Below are positions 62,892-64,000 of a DNA stretch of 64,000 bases, piece by piece. The position numbers and the translations under genes are program-made. Positions within the stretch are counted from its first letter, which is position 1. The number at the start of each line of letters is the position of its first letter. Source of the stretch: Dicyema japonicum. Taxonomy: Eukaryota; Animalia; Dicyemida. The notes under the pieces were generated by a model. It had not been told where the DNA came from and ran no database searches. It saw nothing but the letters and a program-made list of their open reading frames with translations. Where the stretch lies: contig RDEW01000006.1 in the NCBI GenBank assembly GCA_011109175.1, positions 67,612 to 131,611 on the forward strand. The letters are read 5' to 3'.

Positions 62892-63551
62892 CTAATTAAC
62901 AATATGGGCAGCAGCATCCACGTGGGCTTCAATCTCCTTCTCCTTTCCGGCATTCAACTTCCTGGCCTGCAACTTCAGTCTCTTTTCCTTCACAGCCTGC
63001 CTCTTAGCCTGCGCCAGATCACTGCACTCACAAATAAACAGAACCTCAGCTCCTTCAGCCTCTTCTGCTCAGATTGGTTCTTGTGGATGAACTCCATAAG
63101 GGTCCGCTTACTCTTAAATGTGTTTCCTTTACACTTCAGATAGATTTTATGGTATCTAGACTACATAGGAAGCCCCACGTGTGTCGATCGATCTTCCCGC
63201 TCTCTCTGTAAGCCTTTAAGAGTCTCCGTTGGATCCTCAGTCGGTTTATCCAAAGTCGTTTCTTCGGCATCCTCGCGTTGGCTGTTCCTCGTCTTTTACC
63301 GATTCCGCGATGTCGACCTTTCCTTCGAGCTTCAAGCTTCTCACGAATTCTAGCACGTGACTGGACTTTCACAGGTTTTCTGAAAATCAGTCCGTTTGTA
63401 ATCATTCGTCTCACACTTTGTCCTGAAAATAATGATAAGGCTTACTGGAGTTGGCCGTGGCAATGTGCTTGCATTCATTGCTGTCCAGCCAGATCCGTCT
63501 CTTCCCACATTTGAGGATATCCGCAGCTAATCTTCGTTGGAGTTTCAGCAT
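62892..63551 (-). CDS. RPL19: 60S ribosomal protein L19 (eL19), intact, 196 aa, three 23-nt introns (63423-63445, 63156-63178, 63022-63044)
   Basis: [23 protein letters not shown]...[22 protein letters not shown]...[30 protein letters not shown]; the spliced frame is open to TAG. Confidence 0.98.
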
Positions 63552-63659
63552 TTCCTTTAACTACAAAAACAAAATGGTTGTGCGTGTTAAATTTAAATTA
63601 GTTTTATTAATTTAATGTTAATTTTAAATACAAAAATTTATTTATATTAAAAATTTTGT

Positions 63660-64000
63660 TGAAGATCGAACCTTCCCGTAGGAAATTCTCAGCCACCGAA
63701 GAGAAAATCACTTCACTGCTTTTCAGTTGAACATCAAAGGTATTAAAGGGAAGGTCAGGGAACTCCGCTCACTCATGACAAGTCAGAAGATCAACGTGAC
63801 TATGATTCAGGAGACCAAACTCACTTTAAATTACTATACCTCTAAATTCCTCTGATGTAAGGCTATCAGGATTGACTCTATAGAGAGAAGAGGTGAGATC
63901 TGCTCACTTTATTCAAAAAAGAGCCTGAAATAAGAGACATCTCGGAGGTGAGGAAACTTGTTGGGGATGATGAGGTTAGCGAAACAATTGGAATCTCGCT
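63660..64000 (+). mobile_element. LINE APE N-terminal fragment
   Basis: FQLNIKGIKGKVRELRSLM...MIQETKL. Confidence 0.75.

Overview
This is AT-rich eukaryotic, almost certainly animal, nuclear DNA in the standard genetic code. Its genes are broken by extremely short GT-AG introns of about 21-28 nt, so the ORF track fragments them. That architecture is compatible with reduced parasitic metazoans such as dicyemids or myxozoans, but the taxon is an inference. Manual splicing recovers an intact RPL19, DPY30, a disrupted POLR3F (RPC34), a 4-domain C-type-lectin membrane receptor with 19 mini-introns and two 5' frameshifts, and decayed intron-containing copies of TBL3/UTP13, SAMHD1 and EGF/cadherin-like genes. 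There is also a 28S rRNA pseudogene fragment. Most of the rest is decayed transposons: APE-RT LINEs (Ingi/Vingi-like, one with a 2A-like motif), CRE-like and R4/Dong-like RLE retrotransposons, a MULE with a 9-bp TSD, hAT/Buster, pogo/Tigger and IS630/Tc1 remnants. The most novel-looking signal is a covarying nested pseudoknot with HDV-ribozyme-like helix order but a non-canonical core. It sits in front of a leader peptide plus 2A-like motif in the LINE 5' end and recurs in short bipartite non-autonomous elements built from the LINE head and tail. All alignments and folds were done by eye; none were computed.
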